From: Dehalococcoidia bacterium
GTDB taxonomy: Bacteria > Chloroflexota > Dehalococcoidia > Lucifugimonadales > UBA2962
Length of the DNA stretch: 64,000 nucleotides
Assembly (NCBI GenBank): GCA_965250195.1
Contig: OZ252295.1
Location: 1,437,528 to 1,501,527, forward strand
Direction: 5' to 3'
Position numbers and translations under genes: made by a program. Shown here piece after piece: positions 1 through 10,716 of the stretch; the first letter of the stretch is position 1, and the number at the start of each line of letters is the position of its first letter. The notes beneath the pieces were generated by a model, which ran no database searches, was not told the origin of the DNA, and was given only the letters and a program-made list of their open reading frames with translations.

Positions 1-114
1 AAAACCGCATACGGCGAGCAGATGCGGTTTCTTGACGACGGCGATGACGGAGGGGACGGCGAGCCCGGAGAAGAAAGAGATGAAATCGAAGAGGACTCGT
101 CTCTTAGCCAGTGA
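1..114 (+). CDS. 3' end of a gene truncated by the window edge (acidic tail)
   Basis: Frame 1 is open from base 1 (KTAYGEQMRFLDDGDDGG...SSLSQ*) and ends in a GTGA overlap with the next start. Confidence 0.5.
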   Translation, partial: KTAYGEQMRFLDDGDDGGDGEPGEERDEIEEDSSLSQ

Positions 115-761
115 CCAGGGCCGATTTCCACATCCACACCGAGCATTCCCCGGACTCGGTCCTGCCCGTGCGGTCGCTGGTGAAGCGCTGCCAGGCAAAG
201 GGTCTGGGGCTCATCGCCGTTACCGATCACAACTCGCTCGCCGGTGCGCTGGAGGCCCGTGAGTTGGCCGACTTCCCGGTGATTGTTGGTGAAGAAGTCA
301 CGACGGCAGACGGGGAGCTGACCGGCCTGTTCCTGACCAACACCGTCCCCAGGGGCCTGACTGCGGTGGAGACGGCGAAGCGCATAAAAGACCAGGGCGG
401 GCTGGTGTCCATCCCCCACCCGTTCGATGTGTTTCGCCGTAACGTAATCAGCCCGCAGGCCCTGCCTGAGGTCGTCAAGCTGGCTGACATTGCCGAGGGC
501 TTCAACGCCCGCAACACGTTCGCCTCGGCCAACGCTCGCGCCAAGGAGCTGGCGGCCTCGGAGGGCCTGGTGATGACGGCCGTTACCGACTCTCACACAG
601 CCATCGAAGTGGGCCGGGCCTACACCGAGCTTCAGTTGAGCGACGTCTCGCCCGAAAGCTTGCTGGCCGCCCTTTCGTCAGCACGCCTGGTCGAGCGCCC
701 CATCACCCCGCTGATCCACCTGCTGACCTCCGTCACCAAGCTTCGTAAACGCCTCTTCTAA
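111..761 (+). CDS. PHP-domain metal-dependent phosphoesterase
   Basis: DFHIHTEHSPDS, AVTDHN, GEEV, HPF and TDSH motifs of the PHP family. Confidence 0.9.
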   Translation: MTRADFHIHTEHSPDSVLPVRSLVKRCQAKGLGLIAVTDHNSLAGALEARELADFPVIVGEEVTTADGELTGLFLTNTVPRGLTAVETAKRIKDQGGLVSIPHPFDVFRRNVISPQALPEVVKLADIAEGFNARNTFASANARAKELAASEGLVMTAVTDSHTAIEVGRAYTELQLSDVSPESLLAALSSARLVERPITPLIHLLTSVTKLRKRLF

Positions 762-853
762 TTACGGTCGGGCTGCCGCCGGACCTTCTGTGCAGGGCCA
801 TCCCAGGCTATCCGGAGCCTACCTGAATGGGGTGCTGTAACGTAGAAACAGGC

Positions 854-1900
854 ATGCAGAACTTCTTCAAGGGAGCCCCAAGCAAGGGCCCGGGTTTCGG
901 CATGAGCTTTCCGGGACCCGGGAGGCCTTCGAACCTGACCTACGGCCTCATCGCGATCAACGTGGTCATGCTGATCGCTTTGGAGATTGGGGGCGGCTCC
1001 ACAAACAGGCAAACCCTACTCGATTTCGGAGCCATGTCCGGGCTAGAGATCGCCGGTGGTGATTACTGGCGCCTGTTCACCGCCATGTTTCTGCACGTCG
1101 GTCTCTGGCACCTGTTGGTCAACTCAGTTGGCTTGTTCATTATCGGACGCCTGGTAGAGAGCGTCTTCGGCCCGTTCCGTTTCGCCCTGCTCTACGTCCT
1201 TTCAGGACTGTTCGGCTCCCTCGCCTCCTACCTGGTCGACGTCAACTCGGACGCCGCCGCCGCCGGGGCCAGCGGTGCGGTCTTCGGCATTCTCGGGGTA
1301 ATGGCCGCCTACTTCGCCGCCCAGCGCAATGTCATGGGCAGGACGGCGCAACAGATCCTTTACGGGTTACTCGCCCTGGCAGCCATAAACCTGGTAATCA
1401 GCCAGTTGAACCCGGGCATCGACAACTGGGCCCATCTAGGCGGATTTGCCGCCGGTTTTGGGCTGGGATACGCCCTTACGCCAAGTTACGATGTCGTCCG
1501 CTCCGTGACGGGCCAGCCGATGGGCTTTACCGAGCGCCACGGTGGGCAGACGAAGGGCCTCTGGGTAGCGGCGCTGGCGATCGCAGTCCTGGTTCTCGGC
1601 GTGTGGGCTGGGACGGCCTCCCTCCCGGCGAGTGCTGCCACTCACGTGCGCGATGCCGAGCAACTGTTTGACCAGGGCAATTTCGAGGCGGCCCTGGCCA
1701 AAATCGATAGGGCCTTCGATGTGGGCGGCGGTCCGACGAGGGCGCTCGGGCGCGCCTATTTTCTTCGGGGTCAGATCAGGGTAGAGAGGGGAGACAGGGC
1801 AGGGGCCATCTCGGACCTGGTGCAGGCGGGCAGCCTGGGTGACGACCGGACCAAGCGTTCTGCGAGTGAACTGCTTGACCAAATGAACAGCGATTCCTGA
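854..1900 (+). CDS. Rhomboid intramembrane serine protease with C-terminal TPR
   Basis: WRLFTAMFLH, HLLVN, GASG, AHLGG motifs; TPR-like helices at C-terminus; start uncertain (827 or 854). Confidence 0.9.
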   Translation: MQNFFKGAPSKGPGFGMSFPGPGRPSNLTYGLIAINVVMLIALEIGGGSTNRQTLLDFGAMSGLEIAGGDYWRLFTAMFLHVGLWHLLVNSVGLFIIGRLVESVFGPFRFALLYVLSGLFGSLASYLVDVNSDAAAAGASGAVFGILGVMAAYFAAQRNVMGRTAQQILYGLLALAAINLVISQLNPGIDNWAHLGGFAAGFGLGYALTPSYDVVRSVTGQPMGFTERHGGQTKGLWVAALAIAVLVLGVWAGTASLPASAATHVRDAEQLFDQGNFEAALAKIDRAFDVGGGPTRALGRAYFLRGQIRVERGDRAGAISDLVQAGSLGDDRTKRSASELLDQMNSDS

Positions 1901-1957
1901 CACAATGGGGCCTGCCTTAATGACCCATTCAACTTTTGTGATTGTAGGAGACCGGAC

Positions 1958-3307
1958 ATGACGAACGCGCTCGACCGAATAGAAGCCAGGACGCCGAAAT
2001 CCAAGGCCATTTACGAGCGCTCGGGGGACGTGCTGGCACAGGAGATCGTCGACACCGTCACCATGCCCCATCCGGTGTACATCGAATCGGCGAAGGGTTC
2101 CAAGCTCACCGATGTGGACGGCAACGAGTACATCGATCTGGTCGGCGGATTTGGCCCCCACGTATTGGGCCACGCCCCCGACGTGGTGGTCGAGGCCCTA
2201 CGAAAGGCTGTCGGCGGCGGCGTTCAGTTCGGTCTGCATAACCCGTATCAAGAGCCGCTGGCCAGGCTCATAGTCGATGCCGTGGCCTGTGCCGAGAAGG
2301 TCGTGTTCGCCAACAGTGGGACCGAGGCCAGCATGTACGCCATTCGGGCGGCGCGTGCGTTCTCAGGCAAGACAAAAATCGCCATGTTCGAAGGCGGCTT
2401 CCACGGCGCCCACGACTACGTCCTGGCCAAGGTGGACACGTCCAGCCCGGTCGACGCTCCCACGTCTTACCCCATGGGCGACGGCATTCCGGCGGAGACC
2501 CGCAGTACGCTCATGATGCTGCCGTACATGAACGAGGGCGCTTTCGACATGATCCGCGAGCACAAGGACGAGATCGCACTGGTGATGATCGAGCCGGTGC
2601 AAGGCTCTCATCCCCGTCTCGACGCCGGGGATTTTCTGGCCCAACTCGTAGAAGTGTGCAGGGAAGTCGGAGTGCTGTGCCTGTTTGACGAGGTCATTAC
2701 CGGCTTTCGCCTGGCATTCGGTGGGGCGCAGGAGTTCTTCGGCGTCACCCCCGACATGGCAATCTTCGGCAAAGCTCCCGGTGGGGGAATGCCCCTGGGG
2801 GTGATCGCCGGCCGAAACGACGTGATGAGCGTGTTCACCCGGCAATTCGAAATATACGACGACGACGGCGGCGGCGGGGCCAGCGTGTTCACCGCCGGCA
2901 CCTTTAGCGGCAACCCCATGACGATGGCGGCGGGTACGGCGGCCATTACCTACATGCGAGACAACCCGGACATGTACGGCCATATTGCCGACATGGGCAC
3001 GCGGCTGGCAGAGGGGGTAAACGCGTTCTGCCAGGCCGAGGAGATTCCGGCGGTAATGTCCAGCGCCCTTTCGATGTTCTACTTCCGCATGCAACCGGGC
3101 GGCAAAATAGACACGGTCAGGGACATCGACCGCTCCCTCAAGGAAGCGGAGGACGTGTTCATGGCCAATTTGCTCGACAAGGGCGTGATGATGGCCCCAA
3201 TCCATATCGGCTACGTCGGCGTCGGGCACTCGGTTGAGGACATCGACGCGGCGATCAGTGCAATAACGGAATCTCTGAGTGAGGTTCGCGCCGCCGGACT
3301 GATTTAG
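1958..3307 (+). CDS. Class III PLP aminotransferase (glutamate-1-semialdehyde aminomutase-like paralogue)
   Basis: DVDGNEYID, NSGTEA, FDEVITGFR, FGKAPGGGMP, GTFSGNP. Confidence 0.85.
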   Translation: MTNALDRIEARTPKSKAIYERSGDVLAQEIVDTVTMPHPVYIESAKGSKLTDVDGNEYIDLVGGFGPHVLGHAPDVVVEALRKAVGGGVQFGLHNPYQEPLARLIVDAVACAEKVVFANSGTEASMYAIRAARAFSGKTKIAMFEGGFHGAHDYVLAKVDTSSPVDAPTSYPMGDGIPAETRSTLMMLPYMNEGAFDMIREHKDEIALVMIEPVQGSHPRLDAGDFLAQLVEVCREVGVLCLFDEVITGFRLAFGGAQEFFGVTPDMAIFGKAPGGGMPLGVIAGRNDVMSVFTRQFEIYDDDGGGGASVFTAGTFSGNPMTMAAGTAAITYMRDNPDMYGHIADMGTRLAEGVNAFCQAEEIPAVMSSALSMFYFRMQPGGKIDTVRDIDRSLKEAEDVFMANLLDKGVMMAPIHIGYVGVGHSVEDIDAAISAITESLSEVRAAGLI

Positions 3308-3353
3308 GGCAGGCTCGATCCAAGACGGGCCCGGTTTTAGGGCGAGAAAGAAA

Positions 3354-4151
3354 ATGCTGCGTCTCGGCTGGCTAACCACGGCCCGGGGACCGGGCTCCCG
3401 GGGGTTCTTTGAAGTCGTCCGAGGGGCGATCGACACGGGAACCCTTGAAGCACGCATCGAGTACGTCTTCAGCAACCGCGAGCGGGGCGAGGGAGACGGC
3501 AGCGACTCGTTCTTTGACCTGGTAAACAGCGCTGGCATTCCACTCGTCAATCTGTCTTCCAGGCGTTTTAGACGGGAACACGGCGGAGGCTCCTGGGCCG
3601 CGCATCGCGTGGACTTTCATTCTCAGGTACTCGGCCTGCTAGCCGGTTTCGAGGTCGATGCCTGCGTGCTGGCTGGCTACATGCTCATCGTCAGTGACGA
3701 GATGACCCGGCGCCTCACGCTCATCAACCTGCACCCGGCACTGCCGGACGGTCCGGAAGGGACGTGGCAGGAAGTGATATGGGAGCTGATTGACCGAAAG
3801 GCGACTGAGAGCGGCGTCATGGCCCACATCGCTACCGAGGCGCTGGACGCCGGGCCAGTATTGGCCCATTGTGCTTACCCCATTCGGGGCAGCGGTTACG
3901 ATCAACTCTGGAACGACGCCGGTGGCACCTCTATCGAGGAACTTCAGGCGACGGGCGAGGAGCAGCCGCTGTTCGCGGCGATAAGGCGAGAGGGCATACG
4001 GCATGAGCGGCCGCTGCTGCTGGAGGCGCTCCGTGCCCTTGCATCCGGTCGGTTGGGAGTCGAGAAACGACTCGTCACCGACGAATCGCGCGCGGAACTA
4101 AAGAACGGGCTGCAACTGGATGCCGAGGTCGACGCGTACCTAAACTCCTAG
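3354..4151 (+). CDS. purN: Phosphoribosylglycinamide formyltransferase-like protein
   Basis: [20 protein letters not shown]...LDAGP formyltransferase motifs; divergent N-terminus. Confidence 0.7.
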   Translation: MLRLGWLTTARGPGSRGFFEVVRGAIDTGTLEARIEYVFSNRERGEGDGSDSFFDLVNSAGIPLVNLSSRRFRREHGGGSWAAHRVDFHSQVLGLLAGFEVDACVLAGYMLIVSDEMTRRLTLINLHPALPDGPEGTWQEVIWELIDRKATESGVMAHIATEALDAGPVLAHCAYPIRGSGYDQLWNDAGGTSIEELQATGEEQPLFAAIRREGIRHERPLLLEALRALASGRLGVEKRLVTDESRAELKNGLQLDAEVDAYLNS

Positions 4152-5464
4152 GCCGTCTTTTGCTCCTCAATGGGTTCTGCGGGGCGCTCAACCGGCCTGA
4201 ATATTTCACCGGCCTCGTTGATCATCGAGACCAACGCCTCTCCGCGGATGGCCTCCGCTCCCACGACGCACTTTGTCACGCCCTTCATGCTGGGCAACTC
4301 GTACATCGCGTCCAGTAGCGCGCTTTCGAGGATGGTTCGCAGGCCTCTTGCACCGGTCTTGTTTTCGATGGCCAATTCGGCCGCGGTCTGAAGGGCGTCC
4401 GGAGTGAACTCCAGCGCCACGTCTTCCATGTCGAACAGGCACTGGTACTGGCGAACGAATGCGTTCTTGGGCTCCGTGAGCACCCGAACGAGAGCGTCGG
4501 TGTCTAGCTCTTCCAGCCCGACTACGACGGGCAGCCGACCGACGAATTCGGGTATGAAACCGTACTCCAGCAGGTCGTCGGAGCTGACCTCGCTATACAG
4601 CGATTCGAGATTGGGCTTCGCCTCATCGTCTTCCGGGACGGACCTGAACCCGAGTCTGAACTTGTCCTTGGCGACCCGCCGCTCGATGACCTCTTCGAGG
4701 CCTTCGAACGCACCGCCGCACATGAACAAAATGTTGTCCGTCTTTATCTGTAAAAAGTCCTGGTGAGGGTGTTTTCGCCCGCCCTGGGGCGGGACGTTGG
4801 CCACCGAACCCTCGATGATCTTGAGCAAGGCCTGCTGAACACCCTCCCCTGAGACGTCACGAGTTATGGACGGGTTGGGGCTCTTGCGGGCGATCTTGTC
4901 GATCTCGTCGATGTAGATGATCCCTTGCTCGGCCCTGGTGACGTCGTAGTCAGCGGCGTGGATGAGCCGGAGCAGGATGTTCTCGACGTCTTCACCGACG
5001 TAGCCCGCTTCGGTAAGAGACGTGGCGTCGGCAATGGCAAATGGGACATCCAGAACTTTCGCCAGAGACTGTGCGAGCAGCGTCTTGCCCGACCCCGCGG
5101 GTCCCAGCATCAGGACGTTCGCCTTTTGTACCTCGACGTCGTCTTGCTGCTGGTTGGACCAGATGCGCTTGTAGTGGTTGTAGACGGCCACGCTCAGGAC
5201 TTTCTTGGCCTGGTGCTGACCGACCACGTACTCGTCGAGGCGCTCAAGGAGCCACTTGGGGTTGAGCCCTTTGGACATCAGACCCTTGGATTCAGATGAC
5301 GGTGTGGGCGTCTCCTCGGTGATGATCTGCTCGCAGAGCGTCACGCACTCGTCGCAGATGAACACCCGGTCGGGCCCGGCGATCAGACGCTTTACTTGAG
5401 CCTGGGCCTTTCCGCAGAAAGAACACTGATAGTTGGCGGAGCTGCCGCGTGTTGAGGTGGCCAT
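4148..5464 (-). CDS. clpX: ATP-dependent Clp protease ATP-binding subunit ClpX
   Basis: CSFCGK...FICDEC zinc-binding domain, [35 protein letters not shown]. Confidence 0.98.
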   Translation of the reverse strand: MATSTRGSSANYQCSFCGKAQAQVKRLIAGPDRVFICDECVTLCEQIITEETPTPSSESKGLMSKGLNPKWLLERLDEYVVGQHQAKKVLSVAVYNHYKRIWSNQQQDDVEVQKANVLMLGPAGSGKTLLAQSLAKVLDVPFAIADATSLTEAGYVGEDVENILLRLIHAADYDVTRAEQGIIYIDEIDKIARKSPNPSITRDVSGEGVQQALLKIIEGSVANVPPQGGRKHPHQDFLQIKTDNILFMCGGAFEGLEEVIERRVAKDKFRLGFRSVPEDDEAKPNLESLYSEVSSDDLLEYGFIPEFVGRLPVVVGLEELDTDALVRVLTEPKNAFVRQYQCLFDMEDVALEFTPDALQTAAELAIENKTGARGLRTILESALLDAMYELPSMKGVTKCVVGAEAIRGEALVSMINEAGEIFRPVERPAEPIEEQKTA

Positions 5465-5522
5465 AACCCTCCGGCTCTTTAGCTTAAAACAACCCGTCTA
5501 TCGGTCAAGGGCAACTCGCCCA

Positions 5523-6179
5523 CTAAGCGGACTTCTTGTCCTCTTGCTCCTCCTCGCCTGAGGAGGTCAGCACCTCGTCAATCAGTCCGTATTCCTGGGC
5601 CTGCTCGGAAGTCAGATAGTAGTCCCTGTCAGTGTCCCGCGCGATCTTGTCGTACGGCTGCCCGGAATGAGTGGAAATTATCAGGCGCATCTTGTCCTGT
5701 AGCCGAAGGATCTCCCTGGCCGCGATGTCGATGTCGGAGGCCTGCCCCTGAGCGCCGGACAGGGGTTGGTGCATGTGGATGGTGGAGTTGGGTAGCGCAT
5801 AGCGCTTGCCTGGCGTCCCGGCGGTGAGCAGCACTGTCGCCATGCTAGCGGCGAGACCGACGCAGATGGTCGAGACGTCCGGGCGAATCAGGTGCATGGT
5901 GTCATAGATGGCCAGCCCGGCGTGGATGACCCCCCCGGGGGAGTTAACGTACAGGCTGATGTCCCGCTCCGGGTCCTCGCGGTCCAGATACAGGAGCTGG
6001 GCCATGATGGTGTTTGCCACCTGGTCGTTTATGGGCGTTCCGAGAAAGATGATTCGCTCCTTCAGTAGCAGCGAATAGATGTCGAACGCGCGCTCTCCCC
6101 TAGAGCCCGTCTCGATCACCATTGGAATCATACCTTGCGGGGGGATCGTGCCCTGGGGCGAAACCAAGTTACTCGTCAT
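5523..6179 (-). CDS. clpP: ATP-dependent Clp protease proteolytic subunit
   Basis: [34 protein letters not shown]; tig-clpP-clpX synteny. Confidence 0.98.
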   Translation of the reverse strand: MTSNLVSPQGTIPPQGMIPMVIETGSRGERAFDIYSLLLKERIIFLGTPINDQVANTIMAQLLYLDREDPERDISLYVNSPGGVIHAGLAIYDTMHLIRPDVSTICVGLAASMATVLLTAGTPGKRYALPNSTIHMHQPLSGAQGQASDIDIAAREILRLQDKMRLIISTHSGQPYDKIARDTDRDYYLTSEQAQEYGLIDEVLTSSGEEEQEDKKSA

Positions 6180-7585
6180 TCTTGTTTACCTTTCGTTTTT
6201 GTGGGGACCGTTTTTTTTGGCTTCTTTGCCGCCGTTTTCTTTTTGGGCCCTTTTACTGATGCCGCGGTCTCATCCGGACCGGCCTCAGCGCCGACTTCGG
6301 GGCCGCCGACTATGGCGACCAGTCTCTCGACCGCGTTCTCGAACTGCAGGTTCCTGCGCATCGAGGCCATCGCCTCGTCGGAGTCCAGGTCGACCTGTCC
6401 GGCCTGGTCTGTCGGAACAGTCGCTTTTAACGACTCTAGCCGCTCTGTCAACTCCTCGTCGGAAACCTCGACGCCTTCCGCTTCGACCAGCGACTGCAGG
6501 ACGTAGGTCCGTTCCAGCCGCTCTATCGACGAGGTGCGGGCCTCTTCCCGAAACTCCTCGGGGGTTTTCCCGGTGTAGCGCAGGTAGTCTGCCAGTCCGA
6601 CATTCATGCGCTGCAGCGCCTGCTCGCGGTCGGCGATTATGTGGTCTATTTCGTGATCGACTAGTAGTTCAGGAATTTCCAAGATGGCCGATTCGGTCAG
6701 GGCGGCCAGCGCCGCTTCGCGGTAGGCGGTCGATTCGGCCCGCTTGGCCTCCGCTTCCAGATCGTCCTGTATCGACTGCGTGAGCGCGTCCAAGTCGTCG
6801 AAGCCCTCGCCCACGCCTTTGGCGAACTCGTCGTCGAGGGCCGCGATTTTCCGCTCTTTAATTTCGCTGACCGTGGCCGTGAACGACGCCTCTTTGCCCA
6901 CCACGCTCTCGCCATCGATTGTGGGTTCGTAGTCGTCAGGTATGGCCAACTTGAAGTTCTTGGGCTTGTCTTTGGTTATCCGGGTCATCTTTTTTGACAG
7001 GCCGGGCAGAACGGTATCGTGCTCGTCTTCGAGCACGAGCACGCCGTTTTTCTGATCCATCAAGACCTTGCCGTCCACGGTCGCGTAAAGGTCGGCGGTG
7101 ACCATGTCACCGGCCTTGGTGGCCCTTTCAATGGGCTCCCAGGTAGCGAGACCCTGGCGGATCTGCTCCAGGCGCTCGTCAACTTGCTCGCCAGTCACCT
7201 CGATAGTTTCACGCTCGACCCGGAGCTGGGAGTAATCGTTCAGTTCTACGGTCGGGGAGAGGGGTACCGTCGCCTCGATCTGCACCGGGTCCAGGCCCTT
7301 GAGGTCGATTCGAGGAAGCCCCCCGGCGTCAATATCGCTCTCTTGGATTGCCTTGGACGTTACGTCGGAGACCAGGTATTCGATCACGTCGTTGATCAGG
7401 TACTCGCGGCCGAATACCCGTTCAATGATGCTCCGGGGCGCCTTGCCCTTTCGGAACCCGGGGATATTGGCCTTCTGCACCACGCGCCGGTACGCTCGGT
7501 TCAGGTAAGGCTCAAGGTCGTCGTCGTCCAACTCGATCTCGATGACCGTCTGGCGTGCAACTTCCTCTTGCTGGGTGACCTTCAA
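6176..7585 (-). CDS. tig: Trigger factor
   Basis: [10 protein letters not shown] ribosome-binding motif, LDDEFAK; Lys-rich tail. Confidence 0.95.
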   Translation of the reverse strand: MKVTQQEEVARQTVIEIELDDDDLEPYLNRAYRRVVQKANIPGFRKGKAPRSIIERVFGREYLINDVIEYLVSDVTSKAIQESDIDAGGLPRIDLKGLDPVQIEATVPLSPTVELNDYSQLRVERETIEVTGEQVDERLEQIRQGLATWEPIERATKAGDMVTADLYATVDGKVLMDQKNGVLVLEDEHDTVLPGLSKKMTRITKDKPKNFKLAIPDDYEPTIDGESVVGKEASFTATVSEIKERKIAALDDEFAKGVGEGFDDLDALTQSIQDDLEAEAKRAESTAYREAALAALTESAILEIPELLVDHEIDHIIADREQALQRMNVGLADYLRYTGKTPEEFREEARTSSIERLERTYVLQSLVEAEGVEVSDEELTERLESLKATVPTDQAGQVDLDSDEAMASMRRNLQFENAVERLVAIVGGPEVGAEAGPDETAASVKGPKKKTAAKKPKKTVPTKTKGKQE

Positions 7586-7651
7586 ATGGGGCTCCGTGGC
7601 TTGTTGACCGCGCCCGTGGGACCTGCGAGTTGCCCGGGCGAATCTACTCCA

Positions 7652-7660
7652 ATTATAGCA
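7652..7660 (-). promoter_or_regulatory. Extended -10 promoter for tig-clpP-clpX
   Basis: TGCTATAAT on the minus strand ~66 nt upstream of the tig start. Confidence 0.6.
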
Positions 7661-7749
7661 CGCGGACCCCTGTATCGACGTCCCGTACAGGCCCTCAAAC
7701 CGGCTTGGCCGGGGGTCTGGACCGCCCGAAAACGGGCGTTTTTACCAGT

Positions 7750-9120
7750 TCAGGGCGATTGGTCTAGTGACGGCTCATTGTAGAAACCGAGGAGGCTTTC
7801 TATCCAGCTCGCTACGCCCAGAAGCCGCTGCTCGTCCATCGGCATGCCCACCAGCTGTACACCCAGGGGTAGCCCGTCCGGCGTCAGCCCGGAAGGCAGG
7901 CTGACGGAGGGCAGGCCGGAGGTGGTGATCGGCGCCTGCCAGCGAGGATCTCCAGTCGTCCGGATCGAGGGCACACCGTACTCTTTGGTCGTCGATGTAA
8001 GCACGACATCGAAGGGGCTCATGGCCTCGATGAGCTTGACTCGGAAGACACGCCGGATTCTCTCGGATTGCACATAGGTGACCGACGGCGTGAGCAGGCC
8101 GATCTCTATGGTCCGCCGCACGTCCGGAGAGTAGTCGGCCGGACGCTCGGCGAACATCCGCTCGTGTACCGCGGCCGCGTTGACGTTCATCACCGTGCGA
8201 TGCGCCGCCTGCAGCACGTCCATGTCGAACTTTACGATCACATCCTCTACCGTCGCCCCAGCTGCGGCCAGACGAGCCGCGACGCCCCCTAAGTGCGTCA
8301 GCGTGTCGGCATCGCAGCGCTCCAGAAAGAATGTCCGCAGCAGTCCGATGTTTGGGGCGCGACCGAGTAGGTCCGGGTCGATGCCCGGTTCCGTAGAAGC
8401 GACTTTGGCCGAGAACGGGTCCTCCGGGTCGTGACCGGACAGGGCCGAGAGCATCAGCGCCGCGTCTTCGACCGTGCGGGTGAACGTACCGAGCGTGTCC
8501 ACCGACCACGAGACCGGTATCACCCCCCTGCGACTGACTCTGCCCATGGTCGGCTTCATACCAACCACGCCGTTGTAGGCGGCGGGCCGAAGTACCGAGC
8601 CCGCAGTCTGTGAGCCCATCGCCATGGGAAACACGCGAGCCGCTACTCCCACGGCCGAGCCGGTGCTCGAGCCGCCCGGTGTGTGGTCGGCGTTCCAGGG
8701 GTTCAGCGTAGCTGGAGGGTCGCCGCAGGCGAACTCGGTGGTGACGGTCTTGCCCATAATGACGGCTCCCGCCGCCTTCAGGTTGGCGATGGAGACTGCG
8801 TCGGTGTCCGGCACGTTGTCGGCGAATATCGGTGAGCCGTGAGTCGTTAGCAGTCCGGCAGTATCGTAGATGTCCTTGATGCCTACGGGCACACCGTGCA
8901 GAACGCCGACGGTCTCACCGGCGGCCAGGGCTCTGTCGCGGTCCCGGGCCTGGGTCATCGCGTACTCAGCGTTGAGTGTCGCCCACAGGCCGAGCGTCGG
9001 TTCCAGCGCGTCGGAGCGGGACAACAGCGCCTCCAGCAGCTCGACCGCCGACAGTTCCCCGGACCGGATGCCAGCGGCTGCCTCGGAGACGGTCAGTTGG
9101 TGCGGGTCGGCTATCGGCAT
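7750..9120 (-). CDS. Amidase-signature family enzyme
   Basis: GVPVGIKD, GKTVTTEFA, TPGGSSTGSA, GSQTAGSVLRPAA. Confidence 0.92.
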   Translation of the reverse strand: MPIADPHQLTVSEAAAGIRSGELSAVELLEALLSRSDALEPTLGLWATLNAEYAMTQARDRDRALAAGETVGVLHGVPVGIKDIYDTAGLLTTHGSPIFADNVPDTDAVSIANLKAAGAVIMGKTVTTEFACGDPPATLNPWNADHTPGGSSTGSAVGVAARVFPMAMGSQTAGSVLRPAAYNGVVGMKPTMGRVSRRGVIPVSWSVDTLGTFTRTVEDAALMLSALSGHDPEDPFSAKVASTEPGIDPDLLGRAPNIGLLRTFFLERCDADTLTHLGGVAARLAAAGATVEDVIVKFDMDVLQAAHRTVMNVNAAAVHERMFAERPADYSPDVRRTIEIGLLTPSVTYVQSERIRRVFRVKLIEAMSPFDVVLTSTTKEYGVPSIRTTGDPRWQAPITTSGLPSVSLPSGLTPDGLPLGVQLVGMPMDEQRLLGVASWIESLLGFYNEPSLDQSP

Positions 9121-9222
9121 GGGCTTGGCTCCAGATGGCCTTGGCTACGCGGCCGACGGGCCCTTGCGGGGCGTGTAACATTCGGCCGGAGACGACTATA
9201 CATGCACCGGAGAGGGAGATAA

Positions 9223-9681
9223 ATGCCGCCACTTACTCAACCTGAGCTGGAAAAATTCTTTACCACCGGCGCCAACATAATTCGGCTATCGACTCTGTCG
9301 CCAAGTGGCCACCCTTATGTGGTTCCGCTGTGGTTCTGGTATGCGGATGGGTATTTCATGATAGCTGCACGGCGCCAGAATGAGTGGCTAAAGCACATCG
9401 AGGCCGATGGCAAGGTGGGCGCGAGTATCGACACTTCCGAGGTGCCGTATGTGCGCGTGCTGATTAAGGGCACAGCCTCGATTTTGGACCGCAACTGGAC
9501 CGGGCCGTGGGAGCCGCTGGCGGTCCGTTATATAGGCCAGGAAGCTGGTCATGCCTATTACGAAAAGACGAAGGCCGTGCCCCGGGTACTGGTTCGCGTT
9601 GCGCCGGAGCACATCATGTCCTGGTCGGGCTCGGACTGGCACCGCAAGTATTTCGAAGATTTTGGTAAGCCGGGAGACTGA
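9223..9681 (+). CDS. Pyridoxamine 5'-phosphate oxidase-like split-barrel flavin/F420-binding protein
   Basis: RLSTLSPSGHPYVVPLWF...VLIKGTA...RVLVRVAPEHIMSW pattern; GGGAG RBS. Confidence 0.8.
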   Translation: MPPLTQPELEKFFTTGANIIRLSTLSPSGHPYVVPLWFWYADGYFMIAARRQNEWLKHIEADGKVGASIDTSEVPYVRVLIKGTASILDRNWTGPWEPLAVRYIGQEAGHAYYEKTKAVPRVLVRVAPEHIMSWSGSDWHRKYFEDFGKPGD

Positions 9682-9701
9682 CCGCCTCTAAAATGCCCCT
9701 C

Positions 9702-10712
9702 CTAAAAAGTTAGCGACACTTTTACCAGGCCGTCCAGGCGAGCGTCGGCAAGCTCGAACGCCTCCCCCACACGCGTAATGGGCAAGGTGTGAGACACGAT
9801 TGGCGTCATGTCGATCTCGCCGGACGCGATGAAGCCCAGCGCCTTAACCACCGCGGGCAGCCCCTGCTCGTCCTGTGAACCGAAGGTGGAATTGAGCGTG
9901 AGGCGCCGCCGGAAGAACGCGTCCCAGTCGAAAGCCACCGGACCCATGCCCGGCGGCAGGCCGAACGCCTGCACCCGGCCACAGGTCCTGGCCATCGACA
10001 TGGCCTGGTTTAGCGTGGCCACGCTGCCCACCGCCTCGATCACGAGGTCGGCGCCGTCGCCTCCCGTCATGTCCAGAATCGCCTCGGTGGCGCGGTCGCC
10101 GGTTACGTCGATGGTCTCGTGCGCGCCAAACGATTTGGCTAACTTTCGACGCTCAGAAACGGGCTCGATGGCGATGATTCTTTCGGCGCCGAGGCGACGG
10201 AGCATGAAGTCGTGAAACAGCCCGGCCGAGCCCTGGCCGATAACCGCCACGGTCAGCCCCTCGACGCTGGGGAGTCGCTCGCAGGAGAAAACGACGGTTG
10301 CGAGCTGTTGCGCCATCAGTAAGTGGGCCTCGGAAGCGCCCTCGGGCAGGGGAGCCAGGTATCGAGCGTCCAACAGCTGGTATCCGGCGAACGTTTTGGC
10401 GATGCTGATATTGGGAACCGTTAGCACCCGGTCTCCCGGCGCGAATCCGGTGCCTCCGCCGTCGACTACCTCGCCCAGACCCTCGTGTCCAGGGTGGCCG
10501 TGCGGCAGGGGGAAGTCAGATGCGTAGCCGGTGTAGCCCATGTAGACGACGTGCAGGTCACTGCCGCAAATAGAGGCCAGCCGCGTCTTAACCAGAACCT
10601 TGCCGGTCTCGGGAGTCGGAGTGTCGATCTCCTCGCAGCGGATGTCGCGTATGGCGTGGGCCTTTGCGGCCCACATCTTGTTGGGAGCCAGGCCGGCACC
10701 GTGAGATGTCAA
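9702..10712 (-). CDS. Zinc-dependent medium-chain alcohol dehydrogenase
   Basis: ICGSDLH, GHEGLG, GQGSAG, DLVIEAVG; start uncertain. Confidence 0.9.
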   Translation of the reverse strand: MTSHGAGLAPNKMWAAKAHAIRDIRCEEIDTPTPETGKVLVKTRLASICGSDLHVVYMGYTGYASDFPLPHGHPGHEGLGEVVDGGGTGFAPGDRVLTVPNISIAKTFAGYQLLDARYLAPLPEGASEAHLLMAQQLATVVFSCERLPSVEGLTVAVIGQGSAGLFHDFMLRRLGAERIIAIEPVSERRKLAKSFGAHETIDVTGDRATEAILDMTGGDGADLVIEAVGSVATLNQAMSMARTCGRVQAFGLPPGMGPVAFDWDAFFRRRLTLNSTFGSQDEQGLPAVVKALGFIASGEIDMTPIVSHTLPITRVGEAFELADARLDGLVKVSLTF

Positions 10713-10716
10713 AGCG

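Noticed and set aside
1958-3307. Calling the class III aminotransferase hemL
   Set aside because: It lacks the HemL N-terminal PGGVNSPVR motif and any hem gene context; treated as a paralogue of unknown substrate.
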